Of a stretch of 64,000 bases of DNA, positions 1 through 12,390 are shown in pieces (the stretch's first letter is position 1; every line of letters begins with the position of its first letter). Made by a program: the position numbers and the translations under genes. Below the pieces are notes generated by a model. It did not search any database. It saw only the letters and a list, made by a program, of their open reading frames with translations, and was not told the DNA's origin. This stretch comes from Malacoraja senta (taxonomy: Eukaryota): the NCBI GenBank assembly GCA_038087875.1, contig CM075979.1, positions 87,048,001-87,112,000 of the forward strand, given 5' to 3'.

Positions 1-817
1 AGATTTTAATTTTCTAACACCTAAAGTAAAATTCAAAGACAAAGAACAATAGGAACATTCAGAAGGTAACAGTAATAATTAAAATTTGTAAGAAATAAAA
101 AAATGATATTTTCATAATCGTATAGAATATCTTAATGTTAAAGGTATTTATATTAGAGTGGAGGTCACCAGTTGTTATTGATACAAATTATATTAATTAG
201 AGTATCAAGTCTCATTCAGATCACTCGGCTCGTCTGGGTGTGTGTCCCCTTGTTTGCATGTTCAAGACTTGATTCCCAAATCAGGCATTCTATCCCGAGC
301 TCCACCCCAGAAAGGGAGATTATTAGGAGAACAGAGAAAATACGTAAGGGACTACAAATGTCACTTTACAATTTCTTCAAAAACTCCTTTGAAGAAATTG
401 TGAAGTGGCATTTACTCTTGGGAATCCCAGCCCATGACTGATCAAAATGAAGTTCTTGTGATGACAATATTCCTACAAAGCCAGATCATTGAAAGATACA
501 AAATAAATCAACTCGAGGAGCCAACAATTGCTGCATAAGTTAAAACAAAACTATGAAAAGACTGTAGGAGGTAGATGAACGTCATGATATCCACCTTGAG
601 GACTGATTAACTTTACAATAACCAGGATGAAAGGACAGAGCAACTTGTCTAAGTTTGCACCCCATGTTAGGCAGCAGAGTGAAAACGTCCATCCGAGAAC
701 AAAGTTGAAACGAGCATTAATAGATGAAGTGAATGCCAGCTGGAATTCAACGTGGAAAGTGTGAGGATATTCACTTTGGATCTTGAGGGAAAAACAGCTT
801 AAAATATTTTCTAAAAA

Positions 818-1069
818 CAGGTGATTCCCCGTTACTGGAGGGCGTGGCGGGTTGCATTCCTAGAAAACAGTCGTATAGTGATTTTTCGTAATTGAAGCCA
901 CCTTATTTCTGCAAACGACAAGCAATGCGAGGAGAAAAAAATACGATTTATTTTTAATTTACTTTTTTCACACAATGTTCATAAGGAATTTTTATTCTGT
1001 GTCCCTTTGTGAATTCCAGCAAGGTGAATTTCCATTACCTGAACTCCAGGAATGCGGGGGGTCACTTTG
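818..1069. mobile_element. Tigger/Tc1-mariner-like MITE inside an old CR1 remnant
   Basis: imperfect terminal inverted repeats CAGGTGATTCCCCG / GCGGGGGGTCACTTTG. Confidence 0.4.
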
Positions 1070-1479
1070 AGTACAAAGCTGGAGAAGATAGAGTAGCAGA
1101 ATGTTTGAAGGTTTCAAATATCCAGAGCCGTGCACAGATGAAACTTAATAATTAATTAGGAAGCTAATAGCAAACTGAAAATACAAAGGGGTTATGCTGG
1201 ATGCAGATGTGGTCAGACCCACCTGGAACGTGGGATTTAGTTCTGGGCATTAAATGCCTGAGTGGATATTATCCACTTTATTATTTCACGCCAGCGTGGA
1301 GTTTTACTCATGTTCATTCCTTCCCACTCCCCTTTTACCACCTCTGTTTTTTTAAAATCTGTTAAATTTGTACTATTTTCCAATTTTGACAAATAAATAC
1401 AGGCAAGAAGTATTAATAAATGCAAGCTAACGTATCATCAACAGAATAGGCAAAATTAGAAAACAAGCACAAATTCAAT

Positions 1480-2300
1480 TGCAGAAAAGAGGTGGAGAGA
1501 ACAAAGAGAATGTCAGTGGTAAACAGTGGTGGTGCTGGCTTACAGAGGTGGTGAGGGCTGCTTCACATGGGAGGGTGTTTGGGTTGCAAGAGGCGGGAGG
1601 CTGAGGTAAAAGGCAGGTGTTGCAGCTTGTTTCAGTTTCATGCCAAGCAAGCATTGGCAGAGTTGAAAGTGAATCAGGGAGTTGCAGAGGAAACAGTTCT
1701 TTTAGAAAAAGAAGATGTGCCTGCTGGTGACATCACACAGAAGATAGCAGAAATAACAAAAGTTGTTGAATGTGAAACTCATGAGTTGGAAGGTGAGGAC
1801 AAGAGGAACTCAGTCCGTTGGATGGGAGGAGAGCGAGAATATAAACAAATGGGATTCATTGCAGAACCAGGCCCTTTCGCCCATCATTTGTATGCTGGCC
1901 ATTAACCACGCATTTCACACTAATCATATATTCCCATTTTTTAAATCTCTGTACATTCTCACCAACTTTCTGCAGTAGTAAGGAAATTAATCCAATTAAG
2001 AGTCTTGTCAACAATGTGGAAGGAAAGCCATCATGCTGGAAAAACACATCCCAGAAACATTGCAATGGAAAGGGTCATCATCAACACAATGTGAGGAACT
2101 GGGAAAATGGAATGGAGTCCTTGCAGCAAGCAGGCCAGAGGAACATGGGAATAGAGGCGCGGGGATATGTTGTAATAGACAGTGATGATTAACTTATACC
2201 TGGAATTACAAATTGGGAAGTTACGAAAGGGAAGAGAAAGGTCAGAGGTGGTGATGCACAGACTCCAGATGGTTCTGGGTTTGGTTCAGCTGAATTGGAA
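1480..2300 (-). mobile_element. decayed Penelope-like retroelement (RT C-terminal region)
   Basis: minus-strand peptides PACCKDSIPFSQFL (about 2093-2134) and VPLVLTF (about 1790-1810), typical of Penelope RT. Confidence 0.65.
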
Positions 2301-2314
2301 AGGAAAGGCGGTGT

Positions 2315-2612
2315 AGTTTAGAGATACAGCGTGAAAACAGGTCCTTCAGCCCACCGAATCCGTGCTGACCAGCAATCCCCGCTAACGCTATCCTACACAG
2401 ACACACACAGGACAATTTTACATTTTTTACCAAGCCAATTAACCTACAAATCTGTACGTCTTTGGAGTGTGGGAGGAAACCGGAGATCTCAGAGAAAACC
2501 CACACAAGTCACGGGGAGAATGTAAACTCCGTACAGACTGCACCCGCAATTGGGATCGAACCCAGGCTTCTGGCCCTGTAAGGCAGTAGCTCTGCTGCTA
2601 CGCCCCTGTGCC
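2315..2612 (-). mobile_element. tRNA-derived SINE, HE1-like
   Basis: GGTTCGATCC B-box head, central GTGGGTTTTCTC domain, tail GAAGGACCTGTTTTCACGCTGTATCTCTAAAC. Confidence 0.8.
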
Positions 2613-3249
2613 ATTGAAACATGTTCCAAACAGAAGATTGATATGAATAATAAAATGTGTGGCTCATTTCATCAGAAGTGAGAAAATGCTACATTGGGGA
2701 GATTGTGGAGATATGCAGTTCTAAGAATCATCTTGTCTATGTATCTGAGTAATTCAATAAGTTTCACCTAGAACACTTGACCTCACCATGAAATAACCAA
2801 GAGATTAGTGAGTTGGCATATTCTGAAGTGAGACACTCCACCACACCATCTGAAGAAAGGACTCGACTCAAATGTCACCTCTCAATGTTCTCCAGAGATG
2901 CCGCCTGATCCGCTGAGTTAGAGTGTGACTGTGTGGAAAAAGGCCCTTCGGCCCAACTTGCCCACATCAGCCAACATGTCCCATCTACACTAGTCCCACC
3001 TGCCTGCTTGGCCTATCCAATACCTATCTAAATGTTTCTTAAACATGGCAATAGTCCCTGCCTCAACTACTGGCAGCTCGTTCCATACACCCACCACTGT
3101 AGCACTTAGGGTGCACTTACTATAGCAGTTTTTATTTCTACTATTTTTAAAATAAATTGACACAGAATATGACACAACAAAGCCCAGAGGTGATACCTTC
3201 AATGATGTCAAGTTTCCAAGATCAACACGTGCATCTCCAACAAAACATC

Positions 3250-3450
3250 ACGTGCTGGAGGAACTCAATGGGTCGGGCAGCATCTGTGGGGGGAATGGAC
3301 AGGTAACATTTTGGTCTGGGACTCTTCTCCAGTCTGAAAAAGGGTTCCAACCTGAAACGTCACCTGTCCATTTCCTCCACAGATGCCCGACCCACTGAGT
3401 TCCTCCAACACTTCGTTTTGTTCAAGATTCCAGTATCTGCAGTTCCTTGC
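3250..3450. mobile_element. head-to-head pair of Penelope-derived short elements (degenerate hammerhead-like motif)
   Basis: palindromic arrangement centred near 3330. Confidence 0.7.
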
Positions 3451-3749
3451 ATCAATATGCAACTCCAATTCTGTTATAAAGAAGAAGGAGAATTCAAGAC
3501 CCAATCAATTGGTTAAGTATGTAGATTTGTGAGTAATATTGAACTGGTATCATCTTTTCTCTTTCAAATAATGTGTAAACAATTGCACTTTGCATGATAT
3601 CTTCATCACATATATTTCATTATATTAATATGCAGTCTGAGGAAACGCAAATAAACCAGATACACATAGTTTCCTATATGTTACTCGACAAACCCACTTA
3701 CTGTATTCAGGGCCAGGATCCCACTGAGGTGTGTATCCCTGAGGTGTGT

Positions 3750-3978
3750 ATCCTTGTGGAATTCCCTGCCACAGAGGGCAGTGGAGGCCAAATCACGGGA
3801 TGGATTTAAGAGAGAGTTAGATAGAGCTCTAGGGGCTAGTGGAATCAAGGGATATGGGGAGAAGGCAGGCACGGGTTATTGATTGGGGACGATCAGCCAT
3901 GATCACAATGAATGGCGGTGCTGGCTCGAAGGGCTGAATGGCCTACTCCTGCACCTATTTTCGATGTTTCTATGTTTC
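3750..3978 (+). mobile_element. CR1 LINE 3' fragment
   Basis: CR1 ORF2 end and 3' UTR with TTCTATGT-type tail. Confidence 0.85.
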
Positions 3979-5107
3979 ATAGAGCCCAAACACCAGACAG
4001 TAACAGTCTTCCTTTTTGGATCTTGCCTTCAATATAATAAGAGTGGAATAGGATGAAAACAATGAAGCATAAATTAAGCCTTTTATAATGTGCTGACACC
4101 ATAATTTTTTTGTGGTCTCTATATCAATGATTTTCACATCCGATTAAATTTCTCGGCCACATCACTCCACGATGATTAACGCCCTTCTGAGAAAGCCACA
4201 GGCACAATAATATATCGGTAATTTCACAATGTTCTAAGCCGGTTTATCCATAAACTGATGAGTAACTAAAAAAAACAGAGCACTGATTGGCATACTCCCA
4301 AAGTCACACCCATGTGTGCAAGAACACACATAATGCACATCCATGTACTTACATGTACACATGTGTGCATTGATTCCGAAGATAGACACAAAAAGCTGGA
4401 GTAACTCCGCAGGACAGGCAGCATCTCTGGAGAGAAGGAATGGGTGACGTTTCGGGTCGAAACCCTTCTTCCAGTCAGCACTGTAATAATTTGGCCACAA
4501 GCATTTCTCATCGGGACTTTAAATATTACTTTCCTCCTCACCCCCACCTTCAGCAATTCATAGATAAAAGTTCAGTGAAACATTTATTGCACCCCCCCCC
4601 CCCCCCCCAACTGCTTCATACTGCCAGGTTATTAAACAGAAAGAAGTTGGAAAACAGCCAAAAAAGGCCCCAAAATACAATGAAAGGCATGAAGGAAATG
4701 GAGAAATGTGAGAGGAGTGAGGGAAGATGCAGGTTCGCTGCAGAACGGTACAGCTTTAATAGGAGTGGATACCACCAATTATCAGGAGCTTTAACACAGT
4801 TTTTTCTTCTTCATTACTTCACCTAACTTCAAACATTCAGATTCCACCCACAATACCCATCCACTATCCAAACTATGGCATTCCTTTCAATTTTTCTTCT
4901 GAACTTTCATTCTGGGATACACTTTGATTTGGGGTGGTGTGGAATTTAGATATGGCTCAGTAAATAGCACTATTGCCCCCAAATATTTTAATTTCATCTC
5001 TGATTCCTGAGAGCTGTGCACAGAAATCTGGGCTGGTGCCATGGGAGATACTGGGGGAGGAGTCCAGCGCTGTCCAATCTACTGCCTTACTAATGGATTA
5101 AACTGAG

Positions 5108-5237
5108 TCTGAAGAAGGGTTTCGACCAGAAACGTCGCCTATTTAACCTCGCTCCGTAGATGCTGCCTCACCCGCTGAGTTTCTCCAGCATTTTTGTCTA
5201 CCTTCGATTTTCCAGCATCTGCAGTTCCTTCTTAAAC
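5108..5237 (+). mobile_element. 130-bp Penelope-derived short element with hammerhead-like 5' end
   Basis: starts TCTGAAGAAGGGTTTCGACCAGAAACGTC; 11-bp TSD ATTAAACTGAG at 5097-5107 and 5238-5248. Confidence 0.8.
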
Positions 5238-8209
5238 ATTAAACTGAGACCCTGTCTGCCCTCATAGATACTAAAGACCATAGATATAGGAGTGCTATCC
5301 CTGGTGGACTGGCCAATATTTATCCCACAATCATTTTTTTAAAGAATGGTTTAGCAGTTATTTTCACTTTGCTTTTTATGGAGGTTTAGTTTGTGCAAAT
5401 TAGCTGCCACATTTTCCCCATTACAACATGGCTATGCTTATAATGTCCTTTGTTTCCATTAACGTGCTGTGATATTGCCAAAAAAATCATGAATGGTATA
5501 CTATAAACAAAACTATTTTTTCTATGACCTGCGCAGAATTTGACCATCCAGTAAGGATGCAAAATACCAACTATTCCAAGGCTGATAGTGGCTACACATG
5601 TGAAGACTTCCAAGTGGCAAAAAGATCATTCTAATCAGACGCGTTAAGTGTGAGGGCAGAGGAGAGCTCCCGTCAAAGAGGCATGACTTTGGAGCTTTCC
5701 CCAACCAAGGCATGATGAATATATCTCTAGCAGCTTTTGTTTTCGTGACTGATGACTTTTCCTTGCAATAAAGTTCAGAATCTTTTCCTGTAAGCTTCTG
5801 ATTTCAACGCGTTTGCCACATGGATCTCCAGACAATATATAGCATCAGCAGTTGGACGTTATCCATGGAAAATAAAAGAAAGCTATTAATCTAAACTGCT
5901 GTAGAATTCCCATTAAATGAGAGGAGGAAAAACAGGAGTCAGTGCAAGTGAATAAGTCAGAACCGTGTGCATGGAGATTCACTGTACTTAGTGTTGAATG
6001 TCAGGCAAAAACTCAATATGGCGAGAACTGATGTTGCTTATAGATTTTCCCAGCAGGTTTTTGTTTCTCTAGGCTTGATTAATTGCATAGCTGTAAAAAA
6101 AAGTCATTGGGAGAGCAAGTGTACAGTGTCTGATCTAGCTGATATAACAGAAATTAGTCGAGTAAACAAAATGATTAATTGCATGGTTGCTGAAGCAAAA
6201 AGGGTTCTTGTTTTATTCAACTTGGCAGCTGGTGAAAATAAAAAGCATTACAGGGTAATAGGAAATTGGTATTGCTCAAAAAAGGTGATTTCCCCACAAG
6301 TGCCATATGTCTGTATGTCCAGTCAAGTACATGGATTAGAAAATATATAGTGTCAAGCACAAGGAGTTTTGTAATAAATCCAGCAAGTGTAATTCATGCA
6401 GTTTCACAGCACAGTAGGGAGCAGTCCCATTCATAAGTACTAAATCCTACTGTGCAGGGGAAGTGGACATTTTTGCAATTGTATGTTATTTCAGCAAGAA
6501 ACACATATACCAAAAGGAAATGATCCCAAGCTGGCCAAGAGAAATATTTCTGGATATTCTGTATATTGCCTCTTTTTTTGGAAATTATTACAATTTGTTT
6601 GAAAATATCATGAGTGGCAAACTAAGTTTAACTCCTGTCAGTACACTGACACAAATGTTGAAATGTCATAGATCTAATGACAAAGACAAGTCATTGATCA
6701 GCATATAGGATTATGATATTACGACCAGCGAGACATGGGTCACACAAAAAACTGCAGATGCTGGAATCTTGTGCAAAATATAAAGTGCTGGAGGAATTCA
6801 GGGGGTCAGGTGGCATCTGTGAAGGGAATGGACATAATGTTTGAAGTCAAGATTCTTCTTCAGACTGATGGAGTAAGCAGTGAAAGAGTGGGGCTCATTG
6901 GGGAGCAAAGGAACAATTAGCAAACACCAATTTTACACTAATCTCTGAAGCTGCTGGTGCAGCCCACTGTTGCAATTTCACTTTGGATTTCACTAACAAC
7001 TCCCCATCTTACCACTATCTAAATGCTGGCATATCATTTTCTTGTTCACGCAGGGTCAATTGCCAAGAGATTGTATCACGTCAATTAGTTTGCTCAGTGA
7101 TGTGCATCCAATATCCATGTAATACAAGGTAAATTACATTGTTGATCATTTCCAAGTAAACTCTTGTCAGCTGCAAGACCGGGTCAATCACTCCTGCTCG
7201 CCTGTGTCAGATCTGTAGGCCTTCTTCAATCACAGAACTGGAGTAGAAGCAAATGATCCTTAATCTCGGGGGCTTGCCTGAGAAGAGAGCACGTCATGAT
7301 TTAACACATCTTAGGAAGAAACACTTTGATTGCAACTAATTTTTGTGATTTATCTGGTACCGCATATAATGATGTTTCAGCACACCAAAATACAATGACA
7401 TCTAACTTCTAGACATACGAGTTTCAGGCATCAATAGACACTACCATCGTTTGTTTCATTTCCAGAACATAGGAAGCTTGGAAATTGGAACAGGACAAGG
7501 TAATTTGGTCCTTCTCTGCTACTCAATGAAAACATTGATGATCTTCTGCCTCAAGTACATTTTCTCATACAACCCCAAGATTTCATAATTTCCTGTTGAT
7601 TTGTTCTTTTTATACACACAGAGCCTCTTGTAGACATAGCCTCTGATACGTGCCCAATATATATGAATGTTGGTGATGGCCCAATGTGATGGATGCAGCC
7701 ATAGGTTCCAAAGGGTTCAGTGGCAGAATGGCTCCTGCCATGGTTCACCTCCTTTTAGTTAGAAAAACCAGCCCCTAAATCAGATTTGTGTGCCTGCTAA
7801 AAGGAGGCACTCCATGCAGAGCGTGGCCATGTGAGAGTTACTTAACATTTACAAAAGAGGACATATATAAATATAATCCCGTCTTTAAGTGAGTTTCCCA
7901 ACTAAATGTTGCTCAACGTTTAAAATTGAAATGATTAAAATTGCAGCTAAATAAGCAAAAAACACAAACTCATACTGTGTAAAGAATTTATTATGTGGAA
8001 AGAAAGAAGCTCAAGAGAAGTGAAGGTGTTTATATAAATCTTCCCAGAACAGAAGGGGGAGCAAAGAGGAATTTTCCAGCTTCAAGCCACATTACCGGAA
8101 ATAATAGTGATGATGACTTTACCACACTATTGCACAGTGCTGTTTTTGCAACGGTGAATATTAAATTTTTAGAATTTTAATTTGATTTTTTATATTTTTT
8201 AGAAATTAT

Positions 8210-8215
8210 TTTATT
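8210..8215 (-). promoter_or_regulatory. candidate polyadenylation signal AATAAA for CACNA2D4 (second candidate at 7987-7992)
   Basis: AATAAA on the minus strand about 510 nt after the stop codon; no transcript evidence. Confidence 0.3.
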
Positions 8216-8726
8216 AAATTAACGGTTGATTTGTCCCAAATCAAATCAGTAGGCGGTATATTGATGGAAAAAAATTGTTGATTGAGCTTAATTTTGAATA
8301 TGTATGTGAATCAGCACATCTTAGTCTACAAAAAGAGCACTGGCGTTACACATCACAAGCTCCAGAGAAAGATTCACCGAATGTCATGCAGCTAATACTT
8401 CTATTCTCCAATAACAATTAGAAGTATGGAGCGATGGATTTTTTGCACTTTAACTTTCATATTTTGGAACCCCGTCTTGGGATAACTCATCCAGCTTCTC
8501 GCAGTGAGTGACAATTCTCTTGTTTCCCTAATTGTACTACTCTAAATGCAGACGAAAAAAGCTGTATTTCAGAGACCAGAGATGAAACATTTTCAATTAA
8601 AGCGTCATCCAATATCAGAAGCTTGTTAACAGTTTGATGGAAATAGACTTGATTGATCAGACTGGTCTGGAGCCGTCACAAAAGTTTCCAATGTGGTGTA
8701 TGGTGGCCATCATTTCTGTTTGGACA

Positions 8727-8819
8727 TCATAAAACAGCAGCAGCCATGCCCAGATTCAATGCGAGCAGTGCTCCAGACAGAGAGACGCCTGAAACCCCTC
8801 CACACTCCTCTGCGTTTTC
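8727..8819 (-). CDS. CACNA2D4: CACNA2D4 terminal coding exon, ENAEECGGVSGVSLSGALLALNLGMAAAVL* (GPI-anchor-like signal)
   Basis: ctcaacag acceptor; CGG motif then a hydrophobic tail ending at TGA (8727-8729). Confidence 0.93.
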   Translation of the reverse strand, partial: ENAEECGGVSGVSLSGALLALNLGMAAAVL

Positions 8820-9055
8820 CTGTTGAGACAAAGTGACCCGTCCTTAACACACACATTTAAGTTATTTTCTCTTTTCTTCCCAATATTCTTCTGCATACGG
8901 CTGAAAAATGTAGTTCACACTGAGATAGTACTATGAATAATTACAGCCCACCATGACCTCATCCGGATAGGTGTTCTCAATGTTTCAGCCAAAGCAGCCA
9001 AAATGCACAGATTATGTGACTGGATTGTGAAGGGTGTGGGTGGATGGAGGAAGAT

Positions 9056-9375
9056 GGGCGACACGGTGGCGTGGCGGTAGATTTGCTGCCTTTCAGCGCC
9101 AGAGATCCGGGTTCGATCCTGACAACGGGTGCTTGTCTGTACGGAGTTTGTATATTCTCCCCGTGACCTGCGTTGGTTTTCTCCGGGATCTCCAGTCTCC
9201 TTCCACTTTCCATAGACGTACAGGTTTGCAGGCTAATTGGCTTGGTAAAATTGGAAATTGTCCCTAGTGTGTGTAGGATAGTGTTAGTGTGTGCAGGAAT
9301 CGCTGGTCGGCGTGGACTCGGTGGGCCGAAGGGCCTGTTTCCACGCTATATCTCTAAACTAAACTAAAACTAAAC
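9056..9375 (+). mobile_element. tRNA-derived SINE, HE1-like, full length
   Basis: A/B-box head GGTGGCG...GGGTTCGATCC and (CTAAA)n tail; further copies at 16547-16695, 33616-33870, 46650-46780 and 56300-56598 (all minus). Confidence 0.85.
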
Positions 9376-9973
9376 AGTGAGCAGTGGGCAGTGAGCGCTA
9401 TCAGAAGATAGTCATGCAAAAGTGGAAAAACAAGGAAGGGAATGATCACAGATGCAGCTGTTGGTGACTACCTCATTGACATGGAATACATCATTTGACC
9501 TCCAGTCTTCGTGCTGGTACATCACAGTCCCTTTGTGTATTTATCTTGGTCAACTGACATAAATAAGGAACGTCTTTGTATATGTTTGGTGACATTGTTG
9601 AAATGGCACCATCTAAATTGTTCTTCTTCTAATGGAGATACAATCGTTCATCCAGGCACATTTGACGTCATAAAAAATGCAAGCCTAACGTGCTTGGGAA
9701 TTTAAGTTAGACAGAAAATTATGTCATAGCATTGCACAGTGGACAGATCAGTGCATCGCATGTTGTTTGCATAGATATCATCTTAAATAAAATGTATATA
9801 ACGTTCACTACTTTGTCATGAGATCATGGGATTCAGCTACTAAAGCATAATTATTGTATTTAACAGAGCCAATGATGAGAGATACAACAAACAGATTGTA
9901 ACAATCTATTTTACTTGTTACACACTACATTTGTGTTCCACCTTTTTTGTTGTAGAACATTCAGCCTGAATTG

Positions 9974-10113
9974 GGGTGGGAGATTGCAACCTTCACGTGG
10001 TCCGCCCTGTTTCAACGAATGCAATTAACCTGGCGTGCACAAATAAGATCAAATAGAACAAGTTGTCCCACAACTTTAGGCTGTGCACGCCATACGCAAG
10101 AAGAAGAAGAAGC
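9974..10113 (+). mobile_element. short non-LTR retroelement 3' end with (GAA)n tail, possibly Vingi/Ingi-related
   Basis: 9-bp TSD CCTGAATTG (9965-9973, 10114-10122); GGCGTGCACA/TGTGCACGCC stem; ends CCATACGCAAGAAGAAGAAGAA. Confidence 0.65.
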
Positions 10114-10130
10114 CCTGAATTGCACCTTAC

Positions 10131-10213
10131 CTCAGGATGAAAAGCATGACATGTATCAGGTCGACGTCTCAACTTCTGTGATCGCATACGCTGGCATTTA
10201 ACAGATGCATTAT
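10131..10213 (-). CDS. CACNA2D4: CACNA2D4 coding exon, 83 nt, (Y)[27 protein letters not shown]
   Basis: preceded by U12 branch site TTCCTTAAC; GTAAGG donor; phase 1/0. Confidence 0.95.
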
Positions 10214-10404
10214 TTACTCAGGAGTTAAGGAAGTAGATTGGGACTAAAGAGATTATTGAGATAACATATTTAACAGCAATGAGACTTCCAGTTAGTCTGT
10301 CGACATTCGCACCATGTAGGTGCATTAGGAGATGCAGAGATATCTTATGTTAATGCATGGCATCATCCCCAAGAGGTTCACATTAGACCAGATGGAGGCA
10401 GAGA

Positions 10405-11250
10405 TCATAAGGTCAAAAGTGATAGGAGTAGAATTAGGCCATTCGGCCCATCAAGTCTACGCCATTCAATCATGGCTGATCTATCTCTTCCTCCTAACCC
10501 CATTCTCCTGCCTCTCCCCATAACCCTTGACACCCCTAGTAATCAAGAATCTATATATCTCTGCCTTAAAAATATCCAGTGACCTGGCCAGCACAGCCTT
10601 CTGTGGTACAGAGAGTGGTGAATCTCTGGAATTCTCTGCCACAGAAGGTAGTTGAGGCCCGTTCATTGGCTATATTTAAGAGGGAGTTAGATGTGGCCCT
10701 TGTGGCTAAAGGGATCAGGGGTATGGAGAGAAGGCAGGTACAGGATACTGAGTTGGATGATCAGCCATGATCATATTGAATGGCGGTGCAGGCTCGAAGG
10801 GCCGAATGGCCTACTCCTGCACCTATTTTCTATGTTTCTATGTAAAGAATTCCACAGATTCACCACCCTCTGACTAAATAAATTCCTCATCTCCTTCCTA
10901 AAGGAACGTCCTTTAATTCTGAGGCTATGACCTCTGGTCCTAAACTCTCCCACTAGTGGAAACATCCTCTCCACACCCATTCTATCCAAGCCTTTCACTA
11001 TTTGGTATGTTTCAATGAGGTCCCCCTCATTCTTCTAAACTCCAGCCCAGTGCCGTCAAACGCTCATCATATGTTAACCTACTCATTCCTGGAATCATTC
11101 TTGTAAACCTCCTCTGGACCCTCCCCAGAGCCAGCACATCCTTCCTCAGATATGGTGCCCAAAATTGTTCGCAATACTCCAACTGCGGCCTGACCAGCGC
11201 CTTATAGAACCTCAGCATGACATCCCTGTTTTTGTATTCTAGCCCACTTG
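10405..11250. mobile_element. minus-strand CR1 fragment interrupted by a plus-strand CR1 3' fragment (about 10608-10842)
   Basis: CR1 peptides YKALVRPQLEYC and QRVVNLWNSL on the minus strand and QRVVNLWNSL on the plus strand. Confidence 0.85.
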
Positions 11251-11338
11251 AAAGAAAGCTTGTGTTGACAGCTGGTTCCTTGTGTCATTCCTGTGGCAGC
11301 ACCACTCTGCAGTTGCAGGACTAGTTATCATATCCCTG

Positions 11339-11433
11339 AGTCTGAAGAAGGGTTTCGGCCCGAAACGTTACCTATTTTCTTCGCTCCATAGATGCTGCTG
11401 CACCCGCTGAGTTTCTCCAGCATTTTTGTGTAC
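11339..11433 (+). mobile_element. Penelope-derived short element with intact hammerhead-like core
   Basis: GTCTGAAGAAGGGTTTCGGCCCGAAACGTTACC. Confidence 0.75.
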
Positions 11434-11846
11434 CATCATATCTCTGCACTTGGCTCTTTATTGCTCTGAACACGTGAACAAGGTAACTCCATGAGTGTTG
11501 TTGATGTGTTCTGAAAATGTCTGCACGCTGAGTTGCACGACCAATTCAAGCCTTATTATCCACCTGGCAGGGCTGATTTCTGAAGAACCATCCAAGATTG
11601 AGAATAATTAAACATTTACATATCAAGGTTGTGCTATTCTTTCTCCTGTGAGTCTTTAGGATTTCTGCCAAATGTGGCTCGATCACCCGTCAGTTGCACA
11701 GAATTGCATTAGCGGGAATCTTTGGGTACCAATAATGCTGCTGTGGAAGGGAAGCAACAATAAAAAAAAACGAGCATGGTACAAAGGCTCATGAAACCGA
11801 ACTGTAAGCAGAAAATAATATACTGAAATAGCCTTAGAACTTAGGA

Positions 11847-12390
11847 TGTGTGCAGTTTTGGTCCCCTAATTTGAGGAAGGACATTCTTGCTATTGAGGGA
11901 GTGCAGCGTAGGTTTACAAGGTTAATTCCCGGGATGGTGGGACTGTCATATGCTGAGAGAATGGAGCGGCTGGGCTTGTATACTCTGGAGTTTATAAGGA
12001 TGAGAGGATATCTCATTGAAACATATAAGATTATTAAGGGTTTGGACACACTAGAGGCAGGAAACATGTTCCCGATGTTGGGGGAGTCCGGAACCAGGGG
12101 CCACAGTTTAAGAATAAGGGGTAAGCCATTTAGAACGGAGACGAGGAAACACTTTTTCACACAGAGAGTTGTGAATTTGTGGAATTCTCTGCCACTGAAG
12201 GCAGTGGAGGCCGATTCACTGGATGTATTCAAAAGAGAGTTAGATAGAGCTCTTAGGGCTAACGGAATCAAGGGGTATGGGGAGAAGGCAGGAACGGGGT
12301 ACTGATTGTGGATGATCAGCCATCATCACATTGAATGGCGGTGCTGGCTCGAAGGGCCGAATGGCCTACTCCTGCACCTATTGTCTATGT
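11847..12390 (+). mobile_element. CR1 LINE 3' fragment
   Basis: ORF 11850-12305 QFWSP...QRVVNLWNSLP, then CR1 3' UTR. Confidence 0.9.

Noticed and set aside
5386-6350. ORFs downstream of CACNA2D4 as exons of a neighbouring gene
   Set aside because: No recognisable protein motifs or consistent splice structure.
9056-9130. tRNA gene
   Set aside because: It is the tRNA-derived head of a SINE, continuous with the SINE body and LINE-like tail.
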